64,000 nt of DNA, taken from Smithella sp. (GTDB lineage Bacteria > Desulfobacterota > Syntrophia > Syntrophales > Smithellaceae). Within the stretch, counting starts at the first letter, position 1. Each line of letters starts with the position of its first letter. The translations under genes were made by a program, and so were the position numbers. The DNA lies in NCBI GenBank assembly GCA_052139735.1, contig JBKQWB010000061.1, positions 16,858 through 80,857 of the forward strand, given 5' to 3'. Positions 30,551-40,945 of this stretch are shown here, in pieces. The notes beneath the pieces are model-generated. The model made no database searches. It worked only from the letters and a program-made list of their open reading frames with translations, and was not told the DNA's origin.

Positions 30551-31432
30551 TTACCAGCCGCGTCCGGCTAAGATTTGATCAGGTGGTATTTGAGAGATTT
30601 CCAGACCGGGCATAGCTTCTCCCAGATCCATCGAAGCTTCCAGAACTTTTTGGGGATCATTAAAATAAGCTGTCGCTTTGACGATAGCCCGTGCGCGTTT
30701 AGCCGGATCGGCTGACTTGAAAATGCCGGAGCCGACAAAAACACCATCGCAGCCTAACTGCATCATCAACGCGGCATCCGCCGGAGTGGCAATACCGCCC
30801 GCAGCAAAATTCACCACAGGTAAACGCCCTAACTCTTTAACTTTTATGGCTAATTCATAGGGAATGCCGTTAGTTTTGGCAAAACCGGTGACTTCCTCTA
30901 CCGGCATTTGAGCCAACTGACGGATTTCACGATTCATTGTTCTCATGTGGCGGACAGCCTCGACAACATTTCCCGTTCCCGCCTCCCCTTTCGTGCGGAT
31001 CATGGCCGCACCTTCGGCAATGCGGCGCAGAGCTTCGCCTAAATTACGCGCGCCGCAAACAAAAGGAATCGAGAATTTTGTCTTATCAATATGGCATTCT
31101 TCATCCGCCGGAGTCAAAACTTCACTTTCATCTATATAATCAATACGTAAGGCTTCCAGAATTTGCGCTTCCACAAAATGACCGATACGCGCTTTAGCCA
31201 TAACCGGAATAGTCACGGCTTTTTTAATTGCGGAAATCATCGCAGGGTCGGACATTCTGGCTACGCCGCCATCTTTGCGAATATCAGCGGGTACGCGCTC
31301 AAGAGCCATTACTGCCACAGCTCCTGCTTCTTCCGCTATTTTTGCCTGCTTATCATTTGTTACATCCATAATGACGCCGCCTTTGAGCATTTGCGCCAAC
31401 TGGACATTTAGTTCATACCTTTTAGCATCCAC
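30551..31432 (-). CDS. pdxS: PLP synthase lyase subunit
   Basis: [30 protein letters not shown]. Confidence 0.97.
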   Translation of the reverse strand: MDAKRYELNVQLAQMLKGGVIMDVTNDKQAKIAEEAGAVAVMALERVPADIRKDGGVARMSDPAMISAIKKAVTIPVMAKARIGHFVEAQILEALRIDYIDESEVLTPADEECHIDKTKFSIPFVCGARNLGEALRRIAEGAAMIRTKGEAGTGNVVEAVRHMRTMNREIRQLAQMPVEEVTGFAKTNGIPYELAIKVKELGRLPVVNFAAGGIATPADAALMMQLGCDGVFVGSGIFKSADPAKRARAIVKATAYFNDPQKVLEASMDLGEAMPGLEISQIPPDQILAGRGW

Positions 31433-31507
31433 TTTAATTAGCCTCCTGACTTAATTTGTCTATTATAATACTTCACAAATGCGTTGCATAGCAAAAAAAT
31501 GATTAAA

Positions 31508-32287
31508 CTACCAAAGCATTCTCGTTTTGATTTGTTTATTGTTTAAATATTGTTTGATTTCGGTAATTGTATAGGTTCGGTAATGCACCATGGAAGCGAT
31601 CAGAGCTGCGTCTGCATTGCCTTTTGTCAATACTTCCGCCAGATGTTGGGGTACTCCGGCGCCTCCGGAAGCGATAACCGGAATCTGTACATTTTCGGAA
31701 ATAAGTGATGTTAAATTCAACTCATAGCCTGCTTGTGTGCCGTCCGCGTCGATGGAATTGAGGCAAATTTCACCAGCTCCAAGCCGCTGTGCTTCCTTTG
31801 CCCACCACAGGGCGTCAATGCCGGTAAATTTTCTGCCGCCATGTATTACTATTTCGTAGCCTGAAGGAATTTTATAGGATACTTCAACTTTTTTTACATC
31901 CATACCCAGTACAACACACTGGCTGCCGAATGTTTTGGCTCCCTCGGTTATAATTTTCGGATCATCCACTGCGGCTGAATTAACGCTGATTTTTTCCGCT
32001 CCGGCCAGAATCACGCGGCGCATGTCTTCCACGTTGCGGATGCCGCCGCCTACGGAAAAGGGAATAAAAATCGTTTCCGCCACGCGCCGCACTACATCAA
32101 TCATAATGTCGCGCTCGTCGGATGAAGCCGTAATATCGTAAAAAACAATTTCATCCGCGCCCTGTTCATAATATTCCCGCGCGGCTTCCACCGGATCGCC
32201 GATATCTACATTGCCTTTAAATTTTATGCCCTTGGTGAGCAAGCCCGCGCGCACGTCCAGGCAGGGAATTATCCTTTTACTAAGCAT
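31508..32287 (-). CDS. hisF: Imidazole glycerol phosphate synthase cyclase subunit
   Basis: [12 protein letters not shown] at 32287, VGGGI, IASGGAG; the ORF-track extension to 32365 lies inside the repeat element. Confidence 0.95.
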   Translation of the reverse strand: MLSKRIIPCLDVRAGLLTKGIKFKGNVDIGDPVEAAREYYEQGADEIVFYDITASSDERDIMIDVVRRVAETIFIPFSVGGGIRNVEDMRRVILAGAEKISVNSAAVDDPKIITEGAKTFGSQCVVLGMDVKKVEVSYKIPSGYEIVIHGGRKFTGIDALWWAKEAQRLGAGEICLNSIDADGTQAGYELNLTSLISENVQIPVIASGGAGVPQHLAEVLTKGNADAALIASMVHYRTYTITEIKQYLNNKQIKTRMLW

Positions 32288-32456
32288 GACGGCCTCGCAA
32301 AAAGTCCATATGCTGTGTTGCGCTTCGTCCCTCGTTGTTGCAGCGTACACAAAAGTACGCCTCACTCCTCGGGTCTTGCGCGCCTTGCATCTGGCGCTTT
32401 TTGCAAGGTCGTCTAAAATTATATGGACTTTGATTATTCATAAATTTGCTAAGCAT
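32280..32456 (-). other. 58-codon bridging ORF through the inserted element, linking the hisH stop to the hisF start
   Basis: [58 protein letters not shown]; GGAGG SD upstream; both ends use the overlap ATGCTTAG. Confidence 0.55.
32288..32413 (+). mobile_element. 126-bp MITE-like hairpin element
   Basis: TIRs gacggcctcgcaaaaag / ctttttgcaaggtcgtc; central gcgtac-N-gtacgc hairpin. Confidence 0.85.
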
Positions 32457-33078
32457 TGCCCCTCCACGTACAAAAATTTCGCAGAATCTGCAGGCCGGGC
32501 CGCCCGCTTTTTTCCGGGTGGAACTGCATGGCTACCAGATTCTTTACGGCCAGAACTGAGCAAAAATTTATTCCGTAATCAGTTGTGCCTAAAACCGCAG
32601 ACTCATCAGACGGCGCCGGATAATAGGAGTGCACAAAATAAAATTCGGCCTCAGGCGAAACATTCGCAAAAACCGGATGGCTATGGCGAAAAGTAATGCT
32701 GTTCCAGCCCATGTGTGGAATCTTTAATGGCAGGCCTTCAGCAATTAATTTGTCAGGAAAGCGTTTTGTTGAACCGGCAACAAGTCCGATGCAACTGGTA
32801 TCATTTTCCTCGGAATAATCCAAAATAATCTGAGTGCCCAGACAAATGCCCAGAAGGGGCAAACCTGTTTTAATGTATTGTTTTAGCCAGACATCAATCT
32901 TTTTTTTACGCAGATAAGCCATTGCTTCACCCGCCGCACCGACACCCGGAAAAATGATATGCGACGCAGTTTCAAGCTTTTGAGGGTCATCCGTGATGAC
33001 AAAATCCTGCCCGATTTTCTGCAGCGCACGCGCCACACTCGTGATGTTTCCGGCATTATAGTTTATTATTGTAATCAT
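32449..33078 (-). CDS. hisH: Imidazole glycerol phosphate synthase glutaminase subunit
   Basis: PGVG, GICLG, PHMGWN, YFVHSY, QFHPEKS. Confidence 0.97.
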   Translation of the reverse strand: MITIINYNAGNITSVARALQKIGQDFVITDDPQKLETASHIIFPGVGAAGEAMAYLRKKKIDVWLKQYIKTGLPLLGICLGTQIILDYSEENDTSCIGLVAGSTKRFPDKLIAEGLPLKIPHMGWNSITFRHSHPVFANVSPEAEFYFVHSYYPAPSDESAVLGTTDYGINFCSVLAVKNLVAMQFHPEKSGRPGLQILRNFCTWRGNA

Positions 33079-33172
33079 CTATTCTCTCATCAAACAATTC
33101 TTTATCGACATGCATTTAGCAATTTTTATGCAAATATCATAGATTTTTTTATCATACTAGAACGCATATTTT

Positions 33173-33297
33173 TATAATTTTGCAAAATGTCCAGAGCAAT
33201 GCTCGCGAATATTTATGAACGAGGCCTGCTTTTTCGTAGGTCGCAGTGATTAAAATATAAAGTGCAACGCAGTATAAGGGTTTTTTATGGAGTTATC
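33173..33297 (-). mobile_element. Degenerate inverted copy of the ~125-bp element; supplies the last codons and stop of the TIGR01212-type gene
   Basis: Colinear with the reverse complement of 32288-32413 (ttgcaaaa..ccaga.gcaa..gaggc..gcaac.cag.at..tttt). Confidence 0.65.
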
Positions 33298-34223
33298 CCA
33301 TAATATTCCCCCTGATATGAGTCCCGCCGCTCCAATTCCTTATCAATTGAATTCAGTACATCTAATTTATTCATTGCCCAATCAGGCGCAAGAAAAATAT
33401 CGCGGTAACCATCGGCAGTCAGACGCTGAATTACCATTTCGGGCGGCAATATTTCCAGAAAATCGGCCACTAAAGAAACATATTTTTCTTTAGTTATCAT
33501 GCGTATAGTTCCTTTTTTATACATTTCGCCCAGAGCAGTTCCTTCCAAAGCCAGCAGGGAATGAATTTTGATGCCGTTTACAGGCATTGCCGCAATTGTC
33601 CGGGCTGAAGTTAAGACATCTTCGTCGTTTTCTTCCGGCAAACCTATAATAAAGTGAACACAAATGTTCAGACTGCTTCCGGTAAGACTATTCACCACAT
33701 CTGAGAATTGTTGAAAATTATGCCCTCGGTTGATGAATTGCAAAGTCTTGTCGTTTGAGGATTGCAGGCCTATTTCTACCCAGATATGATTTTTTTTCGC
33801 ATATCCGCTTAATAACCCGATAACGTCTGAACCCAGGCAATCCGGCCTTGTGCCGATGGAAAGACCGATGACATCTTCCTGTGCAAGGGCTTCATCGTAG
33901 ATCGCCCGTAATTTTTCCACGGGAGCGTAAGTATTTGTAAATGTTTGGAAATAAGCTATATATTTTGAAGCATGCGGTTTGTAATATTTTTTACCGGAGG
34001 CAATCTGTTCGGTAACTGAGGGCAGTTCTCCCTTTTGGCGCAATTTCGATCCCCGTCCGTCGCAGTAAATACATCCACCCGTGGCTACAAATCCATCGCG
34101 GTTGGGACAGGTAAATCCCGCGTCAATTGCTAATTTATGGACATTACAGCCAAATAAATTACGCCAGTAGCTTTTTAAATCATAATATCTTTTATTGTTT
34201 TTCCAAAAATCCGGTTTGATCAA
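33285..34223 (-). CDS. TIGR01212/YhcC-type radical SAM protein
   Basis: DAGFTCPNRDG...GGCIYC, YFQTFTNTY, GTRPDC, RLT.D. Confidence 0.9.
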   Translation of the reverse strand: MIKPDFWKNNKRYYDLKSYWRNLFGCNVHKLAIDAGFTCPNRDGFVATGGCIYCDGRGSKLRQKGELPSVTEQIASGKKYYKPHASKYIAYFQTFTNTYAPVEKLRAIYDEALAQEDVIGLSIGTRPDCLGSDVIGLLSGYAKKNHIWVEIGLQSSNDKTLQFINRGHNFQQFSDVVNSLTGSSLNICVHFIIGLPEENDEDVLTSARTIAAMPVNGIKIHSLLALEGTALGEMYKKGTIRMITKEKYVSLVADFLEILPPEMVIQRLTADGYRDIFLAPDWAMNKLDVLNSIDKELERRDSYQGEYYGITP

Positions 34224-34418
34224 GGCCGCCTCTTTTTTATGTTGTGTTTTTGCGGTCTATGCCGTAAAAACTTGTAATTCTCGCTCTCCCTGCGCAAGGG
34301 AAAACTGTAGCGGGAATCCATTAATATTTTTATTTGCGAAACTTTACTATTGATTTAATACAAGCGCAAGGATTTGATTTCAGTGATTTCAGGAGCGGAT
34401 AATTTGCCCAATAACTTA

Positions 34419-36287
34419 ATGGACAACTATGATGTTGCGGTAATCGGCGGCGGACATGCCGGCTGTGAAGCGGCCCTGGCTTGTGCGCGCATGGGTGGTC
34501 GTACAATTCTATTTAATATTAATTTGGATTCGATAGCGCTGATGTCATGCAATCCGGCAATCGGGGGCTTAGCCAAAGGACAACTGGTTAAGGAAATTGA
34601 TGCTCTTGGCGGCGAGATGGGCAAGGTTACAGATAAAACTGCCGTGCATTTTCGCATGCTCAATGTTTCCAAAGGGCCTGCCGTTCATTCTTCCCGGATG
34701 CAGTGCGATAAACAACTCTACCGCCTGACGATGAAAGCGGTAGTCGAAAATCAGCAAAATCTCCATATCCGGCAAGCTATGGTTGAGAGCCTCGTGATTG
34801 AAAACGGCATGATAAAAGGCGTACTGGATCAAAGCGGTCATTTTTACGGCGCGAAAAAAGTTATCATTACCACCGGCACTTTTCTAAACGGCTTGGTGCA
34901 TGTCGGCGCTTCGCAAACTCCTTCAGGCCGTGCTGGAGAACTTGCTTCTATAGGGCTTGCACAAAATCTCAAACAACTGGGTTTTGATATAGGCCGAATG
35001 AAAACAGGCACCCCTCCCCGCCTGCGCGCATCCTCCATTGATTTTTCCCGCTTAGAACGACAGGATAGCGATCCCGAACCGCAGCCTTTTTCCTTTACCA
35101 CCAGAACTCTGAGGCCGGAGCGTCTGCCTTCCTATTTTTCCGCCACGTCCGCTGAAACACATCGCGTAATTCGTGAGAACATTCAGTTCTCACCGCTTTA
35201 TTCAGGAGTTATTAAAGGAGTGAGCGCGCGATACTGTCCTTCGCTGGAAGATAAAGTTATGCGGTTTAGCGAGCGCGAAAGTCATCCGGTAGTGCTGGAG
35301 CATGAAGGACTGGACACGCAGGAAGTATATGCCAAAGGCTTGGGCAACTGCCTGCCGCTGGAATTGCAGTATCAAATTGTGCGCAGCGTGAAAGGGCTGG
35401 AACATGCCCAAATCATGCGCCCCGCTTACGCTATTGAATATGATTTTGTTCAGCCCACACAACTCAAACCTACTCTGGAGACAAAATTAGTTGCCGGTTT
35501 GTATCTGGCAGGTCAGATAAACGGCACATCCGGTTATGAAGAAGCGGCGGCGCAGGGTCTTTGGGCTGGCATCAATGCCTCCCTGGCCGTGCAGGGCGCG
35601 CCGGCGTTTATTCTGGATCGTTCTGAAGCCTATATGGCGGTGATGATCGATGACCTTGTTACGCGCGGCGTGGATGAGCCCTATCGCATGTTTACCTCGC
35701 GCGCCGAATATCGCCTCATTCTGCGGGAAGATAATGCCGTCATTCGCTTAATGGGCAAGGGCTGTGAACTGGGTCTGGTTGACCAGGCGCAATATCTTGC
35801 GCTGCAGGACAAAATAAAAAAGATAGAGCAGGGCATTGAGCATCTCAAAGCATCGCCCATAAAACCGACAGCTGCAACAAACAAGCAATTGGCAAAGCTC
35901 AATACTCCGCCTTTAAATAATCACACCACGCTTTACGGACTTTTGAAACGTTATGAATTATCTTATGATAATCTGGTCGGATTCCCCGGATGGGAGCCGC
36001 AAACCGATACCTTTGTCAAACAGCAGATTGAAATTGAAACCAAGTATGAAGGCTACATCAAGCGGCAGTTCGATGCCGTGAAAAAATTAAAGGAACAGGA
36101 AAAAAAGAAAATTCCGCCGGACTTTGATTACTCGACAGTTCCCGGCCTCTCCAACGAGCTTCAGGTCAAGCTTATCCGTATCGCTCCCGCCACTATCGGC
36201 CAGATGGAGCGCATTCCCGGCATGACCGAAGGCGCAATTTCAGCTGTGTTGATAATGATGAAGAAACAGGAACTGAGTGGCTGTTGA
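34419..36287 (+). CDS. mnmG: tRNA uridine-5-carboxymethylaminomethyl(34) synthesis enzyme
   Basis: [57 protein letters not shown]. Confidence 0.97.
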   Translation: MDNYDVAVIGGGHAGCEAALACARMGGRTILFNINLDSIALMSCNPAIGGLAKGQLVKEIDALGGEMGKVTDKTAVHFRMLNVSKGPAVHSSRMQCDKQLYRLTMKAVVENQQNLHIRQAMVESLVIENGMIKGVLDQSGHFYGAKKVIITTGTFLNGLVHVGASQTPSGRAGELASIGLAQNLKQLGFDIGRMKTGTPPRLRASSIDFSRLERQDSDPEPQPFSFTTRTLRPERLPSYFSATSAETHRVIRENIQFSPLYSGVIKGVSARYCPSLEDKVMRFSERESHPVVLEHEGLDTQEVYAKGLGNCLPLELQYQIVRSVKGLEHAQIMRPAYAIEYDFVQPTQLKPTLETKLVAGLYLAGQINGTSGYEEAAAQGLWAGINASLAVQGAPAFILDRSEAYMAVMIDDLVTRGVDEPYRMFTSRAEYRLILREDNAVIRLMGKGCELGLVDQAQYLALQDKIKKIEQGIEHLKASPIKPTAATNKQLAKLNTPPLNNHTTLYGLLKRYELSYDNLVGFPGWEPQTDTFVKQQIEIETKYEGYIKRQFDAVKKLKEQEKKKIPPDFDYSTVPGLSNELQVKLIRIAPATIGQMERIPGMTEGAISAVLIMMKKQELSGC

Positions 36288-36342
36288 CCGGGGGGCTCTT
36301 CCGTAAGGGAGACGCAATCATGATTAAAAATATTCCTTACCA

Positions 36343-36364
36343 GTAAAAGCCCAATGGCTTTTAC
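36343..36364. terminator. Hairpin between convergent genes, possible terminator
   Basis: gtaaaagcc-caat-ggcttttac. Confidence 0.5.
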
Positions 36365-36381
36365 AAAACGCTCATCTTTGA

Positions 36382-37368
36382 TTACCAGACTGTTAAAAAG
36401 TAGTGCCTGATTAATTTAATAAGTCTGTTTGCTCTAAATAAAGAACTCCATATAATCTTAAACAAGTCAAAAACATATTCTTTACCGTCAATGACTTCGA
36501 AGTCATCATTAAAATTATAGGTATGCGTGCAGAAATTGCCAGGATACCAATCATGATCAATTGTCCGGATTATCTCTTCATGATATTCATGTTCGTTTAA
36601 TACCAATACATTATTCAACGCTATAGAATGTCCGTATCTTTCTTCACAGTTTTGACCGGGACGGATTAATTTATCCTCTAGATAAAACAAATTGCCTGCC
36701 GGTCGGGCAGAGCGTCGGTCTGTAACAACAGGATTCTTAGGATGACTGTGCCAGGGACCATGGATGGTGTCCGCAAAGAAAAGGAATAATTCTTTATTTC
36801 CCTTTTGAGGGGACCCAATAATATTTGTGAACATCCACAGCTTCTCATTGTTCATAAAAATAGTAGTATCTACTGCACTAATGTTATCCATTATTGTTGC
36901 GTCCAATACCCATTTATCAGGGAAAGTTTCTGACCTGTAAAGTTCTATGCTTTTGTTTTGACGTGTTTCGGGGATCATATATATATTGCCGTCGCTTTCA
37001 TAAAGAAAGGGATAGGAGAGATGATAATCCTTTACTAATGCTCTTCTTGGTTTGCCGTAAGTATTGTCGTCAAATATTTCTATATAACTGATAAGCGCCT
37101 TATTGTGATACAGACTGAAATCTTCAAAAAAGACATAGTTCTTTTTATCCCTCTTAATTATAAAAGGATCCGCATAAAAATGATTTCGTGGAGACATAAT
37201 CTTAATACAATCATTAAAGACAAAACTGCCAATATAGTCTTTCCTTTTGAAAGCTATAAACCACAGCTCATAGAAAAAAAGCTTCTTGCAAGCCTTTTTA
37301 TAAAGCTTTTTCGATTTTTCTTTACCGATTTTTATTTTATTCTTAGCATCAATAAACATTAAGCTCAT
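36382..37368 (-). CDS. Five-bladed beta-propeller glycosidase-like protein (GH43/GINT1 N-terminal-like)
   Basis: FYADPF, HLSYPF, YMIPET, FPDKW, HPKNPV, ARPAG, RPGQNC; AT-rich. Confidence 0.7.
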   Translation of the reverse strand: MSLMFIDAKNKIKIGKEKSKKLYKKACKKLFFYELWFIAFKRKDYIGSFVFNDCIKIMSPRNHFYADPFIIKRDKKNYVFFEDFSLYHNKALISYIEIFDDNTYGKPRRALVKDYHLSYPFLYESDGNIYMIPETRQNKSIELYRSETFPDKWVLDATIMDNISAVDTTIFMNNEKLWMFTNIIGSPQKGNKELFLFFADTIHGPWHSHPKNPVVTDRRSARPAGNLFYLEDKLIRPGQNCEERYGHSIALNNVLVLNEHEYHEEIIRTIDHDWYPGNFCTHTYNFNDDFEVIDGKEYVFDLFKIIWSSLFRANRLIKLIRHYFLTVW

Positions 37369-37526
37369 TTCCTTAGTGTTTATTTATGCTAATATATAAA
37401 CCCGCCGGGCTAATCAAGTATCTTTTCTTATTGACATACAAAAATTCTGATCTTATACGCTTTGCGTAGGTCGTAAAAAGCAATTTATTAAATAAAAAAA
37501 GGTTGTGTCACCACTGCATTTTAATT

Positions 37527-38525
37527 ATGTTCCCAAAACTATTTTCAGCTTGCAGGTCCTTTTTGAAGCCTTTGGTAACCAAAGGCCCGAATGATTGGCG
37601 TTGCTTCAATGTTGTTGACGGCAAAATTGTCCCGCCATACAGTTGTGAAATAAATACGGTCGATCACTGCAATCTTAGATGTACTTATTGCAATCACGCA
37701 TCGCCGGCGGCAGCCCCCAGGATTGCTGATCCGGATATTGTTTTTCGGGATCTTTCGCTTTTATTCAAATCATACAAAGCAGAGACGTTAAAAATTATAG
37801 GCGGTGAACCGCTGCTGCATCCTGATTTGCTTTCTCTTGTCCGTGCTGTGCGCGAAAGCGGCATATGTAATAATATTGTTCTTGTCACGAATGGGACGCT
37901 TTTGCATCAAATGGATGGTGATATTTGGGATGCGCTTGATGAGGCTGAGCTTTCCGTCTATCCGGAAACAAAAAAGATGCTGGATATGCATATGCCAATC
38001 ATTTTGCAAAATGCGGAAAAGCACAAGGTAAGACTATCCGTATATCTTTATGAATATTTCCGGATTCCATTTTCTCTGATTGGAACGAGTGATATGTCGC
38101 TGATACGGCGTATATACAGGACGTGTCTAAGAGCACGTATTTTGGGATGTCAATCCATCCATAAGGGATACTTTTTTAAGTGTCCTCAGTGCATATATAT
38201 TCCGGGAATTCTTGATCAATCTGTTGCCTACGATTATAAAAAAGATGGAATAAGGATTACAAGCGAGTCCAATTTTCAGGATACACTTAAAAATTACCTC
38301 ATGTCTAAAGAACCGCTAAACTCATGCCGTTATTGTCTTGGCGGTGTGGGCAAATTACGTGCCAATACAATGCTGAAAACTTCCGCGTGGATATCTACGT
38401 ATGATGTTCCTACAGAACAATTAGTTGATTTTGATAAACTCCATTTTTTGGAAAATAGTGAAACTGTATATGATATGAGCAAAATACGTGTACAATATGA
38501 AGAAAAAGGAAGAAGTTATCGTTAA
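37527..38525 (+). CDS. Radical SAM protein with C-terminal Cys-rich (SPASM/Twitch-like) region
   Basis: CNLRCTYC, GGEPLLHP, VTNG; later C..C..CP.C and CRYC. Confidence 0.85.
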   Translation: MFPKLFSACRSFLKPLVTKGPNDWRCFNVVDGKIVPPYSCEINTVDHCNLRCTYCNHASPAAAPRIADPDIVFRDLSLLFKSYKAETLKIIGGEPLLHPDLLSLVRAVRESGICNNIVLVTNGTLLHQMDGDIWDALDEAELSVYPETKKMLDMHMPIILQNAEKHKVRLSVYLYEYFRIPFSLIGTSDMSLIRRIYRTCLRARILGCQSIHKGYFFKCPQCIYIPGILDQSVAYDYKKDGIRITSESNFQDTLKNYLMSKEPLNSCRYCLGGVGKLRANTMLKTSAWISTYDVPTEQLVDFDKLHFLENSETVYDMSKIRVQYEEKGRSYR

Positions 38526-38591
38526 ATCGCAGCGGCATCGTCTTGTATCATGCCGGTTTTTTAAAGAAAGAATGTGCAGGCAAATCAAAGC

Positions 38592-39539
38592 ATGAATTAT
38601 GAGAAAACAATATTTTCGTTCTGGGAACCCAGGGGAAGCATGATTCCGTATTTGGAACTCTGCCGAAGGACATGGCAACGAAACCTCCCTGATTACGAAA
38701 TCATTTTTCTGGATTATTCGAATTTGGATTCCTATCTGCCGGAAGGAACCTATGACATGACTATACTCCGGAAGCTCACTCTCATGATGCAGAAAGATGC
38801 AGTTATGGTTGCTGTGCTGAAGGTACATGGCGGAATCTTCATGGATGCCGATACGCTGGTTACGGGAGACATCGCTCCGCTCGTGGATATGTTAACGGAT
38901 ACAGAAGTCGTCATGTTCAGTACTCATTGCGGATTTATGGCGGCAAAGCCGGGCTCCCATCTCCTTACTTTATGGTACAACGATATACAGGAAAAACTGA
39001 ATTTCCTGTCAGAGGTGAGGGACAAAGCGCTGCAACTCCCATGGGATTTTTTCGCGAACAGCGCGATGGCTGACGTGATGGATAAGATGATAGGGAGCCG
39101 GGGTTCATTTCATATGATGCAAAAACATGTTGAGGATAAATTTGTTCTAGCTCATTTGAAGATCACCGGAGACCAAAAATTGCCGGCGCGCCGGTTGAAA
39201 GTGCTGATGAGTCGGATCGGTAATGCTTTGATGCGAAGAAAGAGAGAATTGTATTTCCGGACAGTCTTAAGACGTTATCTTGCTATGCTGGATCGGTTGA
39301 AGTACGGATTTGTTTCCGAAGCTCTTTATTTTACTTCAAGAAGAATGACGCCTGAAGAAAAATATTGGAAGTTCTGGTTTGATAATCATATCGACATAAA
39401 CAAAGTATTCAGGTCGAATCAGATGGTCATAGGACTGCACAATTCCTGGACTCATCAATGGTACAAAGAATTATCACAGAAAGATGTGCTTGAAAACGAG
39501 GCCCTTCTTTCGAGAACATTGAAACACCTTTTGACCTGA
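38592..39539 (+). CDS. Capsular-polysaccharide-synthesis / DXD glycosyltransferase (GT32-like)
   Basis: IFSFW, LCRRTW, D..MVAVLKVHGGIFMDAD. Confidence 0.75.
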   Translation: MNYEKTIFSFWEPRGSMIPYLELCRRTWQRNLPDYEIIFLDYSNLDSYLPEGTYDMTILRKLTLMMQKDAVMVAVLKVHGGIFMDADTLVTGDIAPLVDMLTDTEVVMFSTHCGFMAAKPGSHLLTLWYNDIQEKLNFLSEVRDKALQLPWDFFANSAMADVMDKMIGSRGSFHMMQKHVEDKFVLAHLKITGDQKLPARRLKVLMSRIGNALMRRKRELYFRTVLRRYLAMLDRLKYGFVSEALYFTSRRMTPEEKYWKFWFDNHIDINKVFRSNQMVIGLHNSWTHQWYKELSQKDVLENEALLSRTLKHLLT

Positions 39540-39588
39540 ACGACTGCCGTCATCGCCTAGTGATTGACGTAGAAACAGGAAAAATCAC

Positions 39589-39936
39589 TCACTTTATTTT
39601 TTCAGAACCCATCCCAGCTTTCATTTGAGTATGTTTTTCTTTGTCCAGATAATATTTACCGTTATTCGTTTTAATTACCAGGCCGTCGGCTATCAGAAGG
39701 TATAGCGCTTTGGGACGAATATTCCCCGTGCCCACACGAAAGAAATTTTTCCGCTCATCCTGCAGCTTAACAGCTCTGGATTCTTTGAATGCCCGGGCTT
39801 CTTCCATTTCGGCAACAATCTTGAAACACATGCGCCGCACGCCCAACCCACCCATGTAAATTATCACCATGACAAAGATAATAAAGGCGGCAATCCACAG
39901 AAGTATTTGTAAATAGATAGGCATAAATTTTTCCAC
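39589..39936 (-). CDS. Hypothetical single-TM protein
   Basis: N-terminal hydrophobic helix followed by a small basic domain (GKYYL). Confidence 0.65.
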   Translation of the reverse strand: MEKFMPIYLQILLWIAAFIIFVMVIIYMGGLGVRRMCFKIVAEMEEARAFKESRAVKLQDERKNFFRVGTGNIRPKALYLLIADGLVIKTNNGKYYLDKEKHTQMKAGMGSEKIK

Positions 39937-40005
39937 GACAGCGATTTTTTCGGCGTCAGTTCATACAACTGATGAACCGGTTTGTCAATGTACCCGACGG
40001 GATTT

Positions 40006-40647
40006 TCATTTTTTAATTAATTTCGCCAGTTCCATAGCCCGCCGCAGAATCAGCTGCGCGGACTGGATGCCGTGTTCGTCATTTTCCATTCCCAAAGAAA
40101 CTGCCGGATCAAAGTTTCCAGAACCATTGATACTCGTCAAAACCGACGCGCCCAAGGGACTGACACCTTGATGGATACTGACGGGAATCATCTCCATGCC
40201 CAGAAACATTAATATATGCGTCAGATGCGTTGTTTCGAGGCCGCCGTGCCGAAGCCACGCTGCCGCCATGCTCGCGCCGATTTTGTTTTTCATGCGGCCC
40301 GCCGTCAGGTTGCCGAAAACAAACACACGGAACCGGTCAAGCAGCGCCGCCATCCGCGCGGAAGTGCGCATAAAATACACGGGGCTTGCCAAAACAATAA
40401 TATCCGCTGTTTCTGCTTTTTCAAAGACGGCCTGTGCGTCATCCTTGATTGAACAGTATTTGCCCGGCATCTGTCTGGCCAGACAGAAATTGCAGTGGAT
40501 GCAGTCGCGAATTTTCAAGCCGGAAAGTTTGACGATGTGATGTTCAATATTTTTTACGGGTAAACTTTCAAACGCGCGATTCAGCAGTGTTTCAACATTG
40601 CCTTTTTTTACCGGACTGCCGGAAATACCTAAAATTTTGTATGTCAT
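40006..40647 (-). CDS. Iron-sulfur flavoprotein / NADPH-dependent FMN reductase family
   Basis: ISGSP..GN, CIHCNFC..C.IKDD, ASPVYF. Confidence 0.88.
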   Translation of the reverse strand: MTYKILGISGSPVKKGNVETLLNRAFESLPVKNIEHHIVKLSGLKIRDCIHCNFCLARQMPGKYCSIKDDAQAVFEKAETADIIVLASPVYFMRTSARMAALLDRFRVFVFGNLTAGRMKNKIGASMAAAWLRHGGLETTHLTHILMFLGMEMIPVSIHQGVSPLGASVLTSINGSGNFDPAVSLGMENDEHGIQSAQLILRRAMELAKLIKK

Positions 40648-40798
40648 AAAGTTTCCTTAAAGATTTAAATCCACAGTGATGAAAGAAGATTGGTTTACCT
40701 GTGTCAAATCCCAACACGGCGGATTTTCAATCAGCCGGAAGGTAACGTCAATTTAATTATAGCGTAACTCTAAAAAAAGGAAATGACAAATTTGTTTT

Positions 40799-40891
40799 TT
40801 AATCTCTTCGTGTCCAATTCCCCGCCGCGTTCGACGAAGAAGAGAGTGATGGTCCATCATGATACTCTGCTGCTTGCGGCGGGGAGATTAA
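40799..40891. repeat. Short palindromic element resembling IS200/IS605-type ends
   Basis: ttaatctc/gagattaa and tccccgccgc/gcggcgggga inverted repeats; right end resembles 24170-24203. Confidence 0.5.
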
Positions 40892-40945
40892 TTTATAATG
40901 GGCTTGACTAATGAATCGTCTTGCCCTATTTATTTCAAAAAAGGT

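Noticed and set aside
32288-32365. N-terminal extension of HisF in the ORF track
   Set aside because: Lies inside the repeat element; the conserved HisF start [12 protein letters not shown] is at 32287
34275-34320. Riboswitch upstream of mnmG
   Set aside because: Looks like a degenerate REP-type palindrome (gtaattctcgc...gcgggaatcca), with a similar one near 23005; no riboswitch consensus recognised
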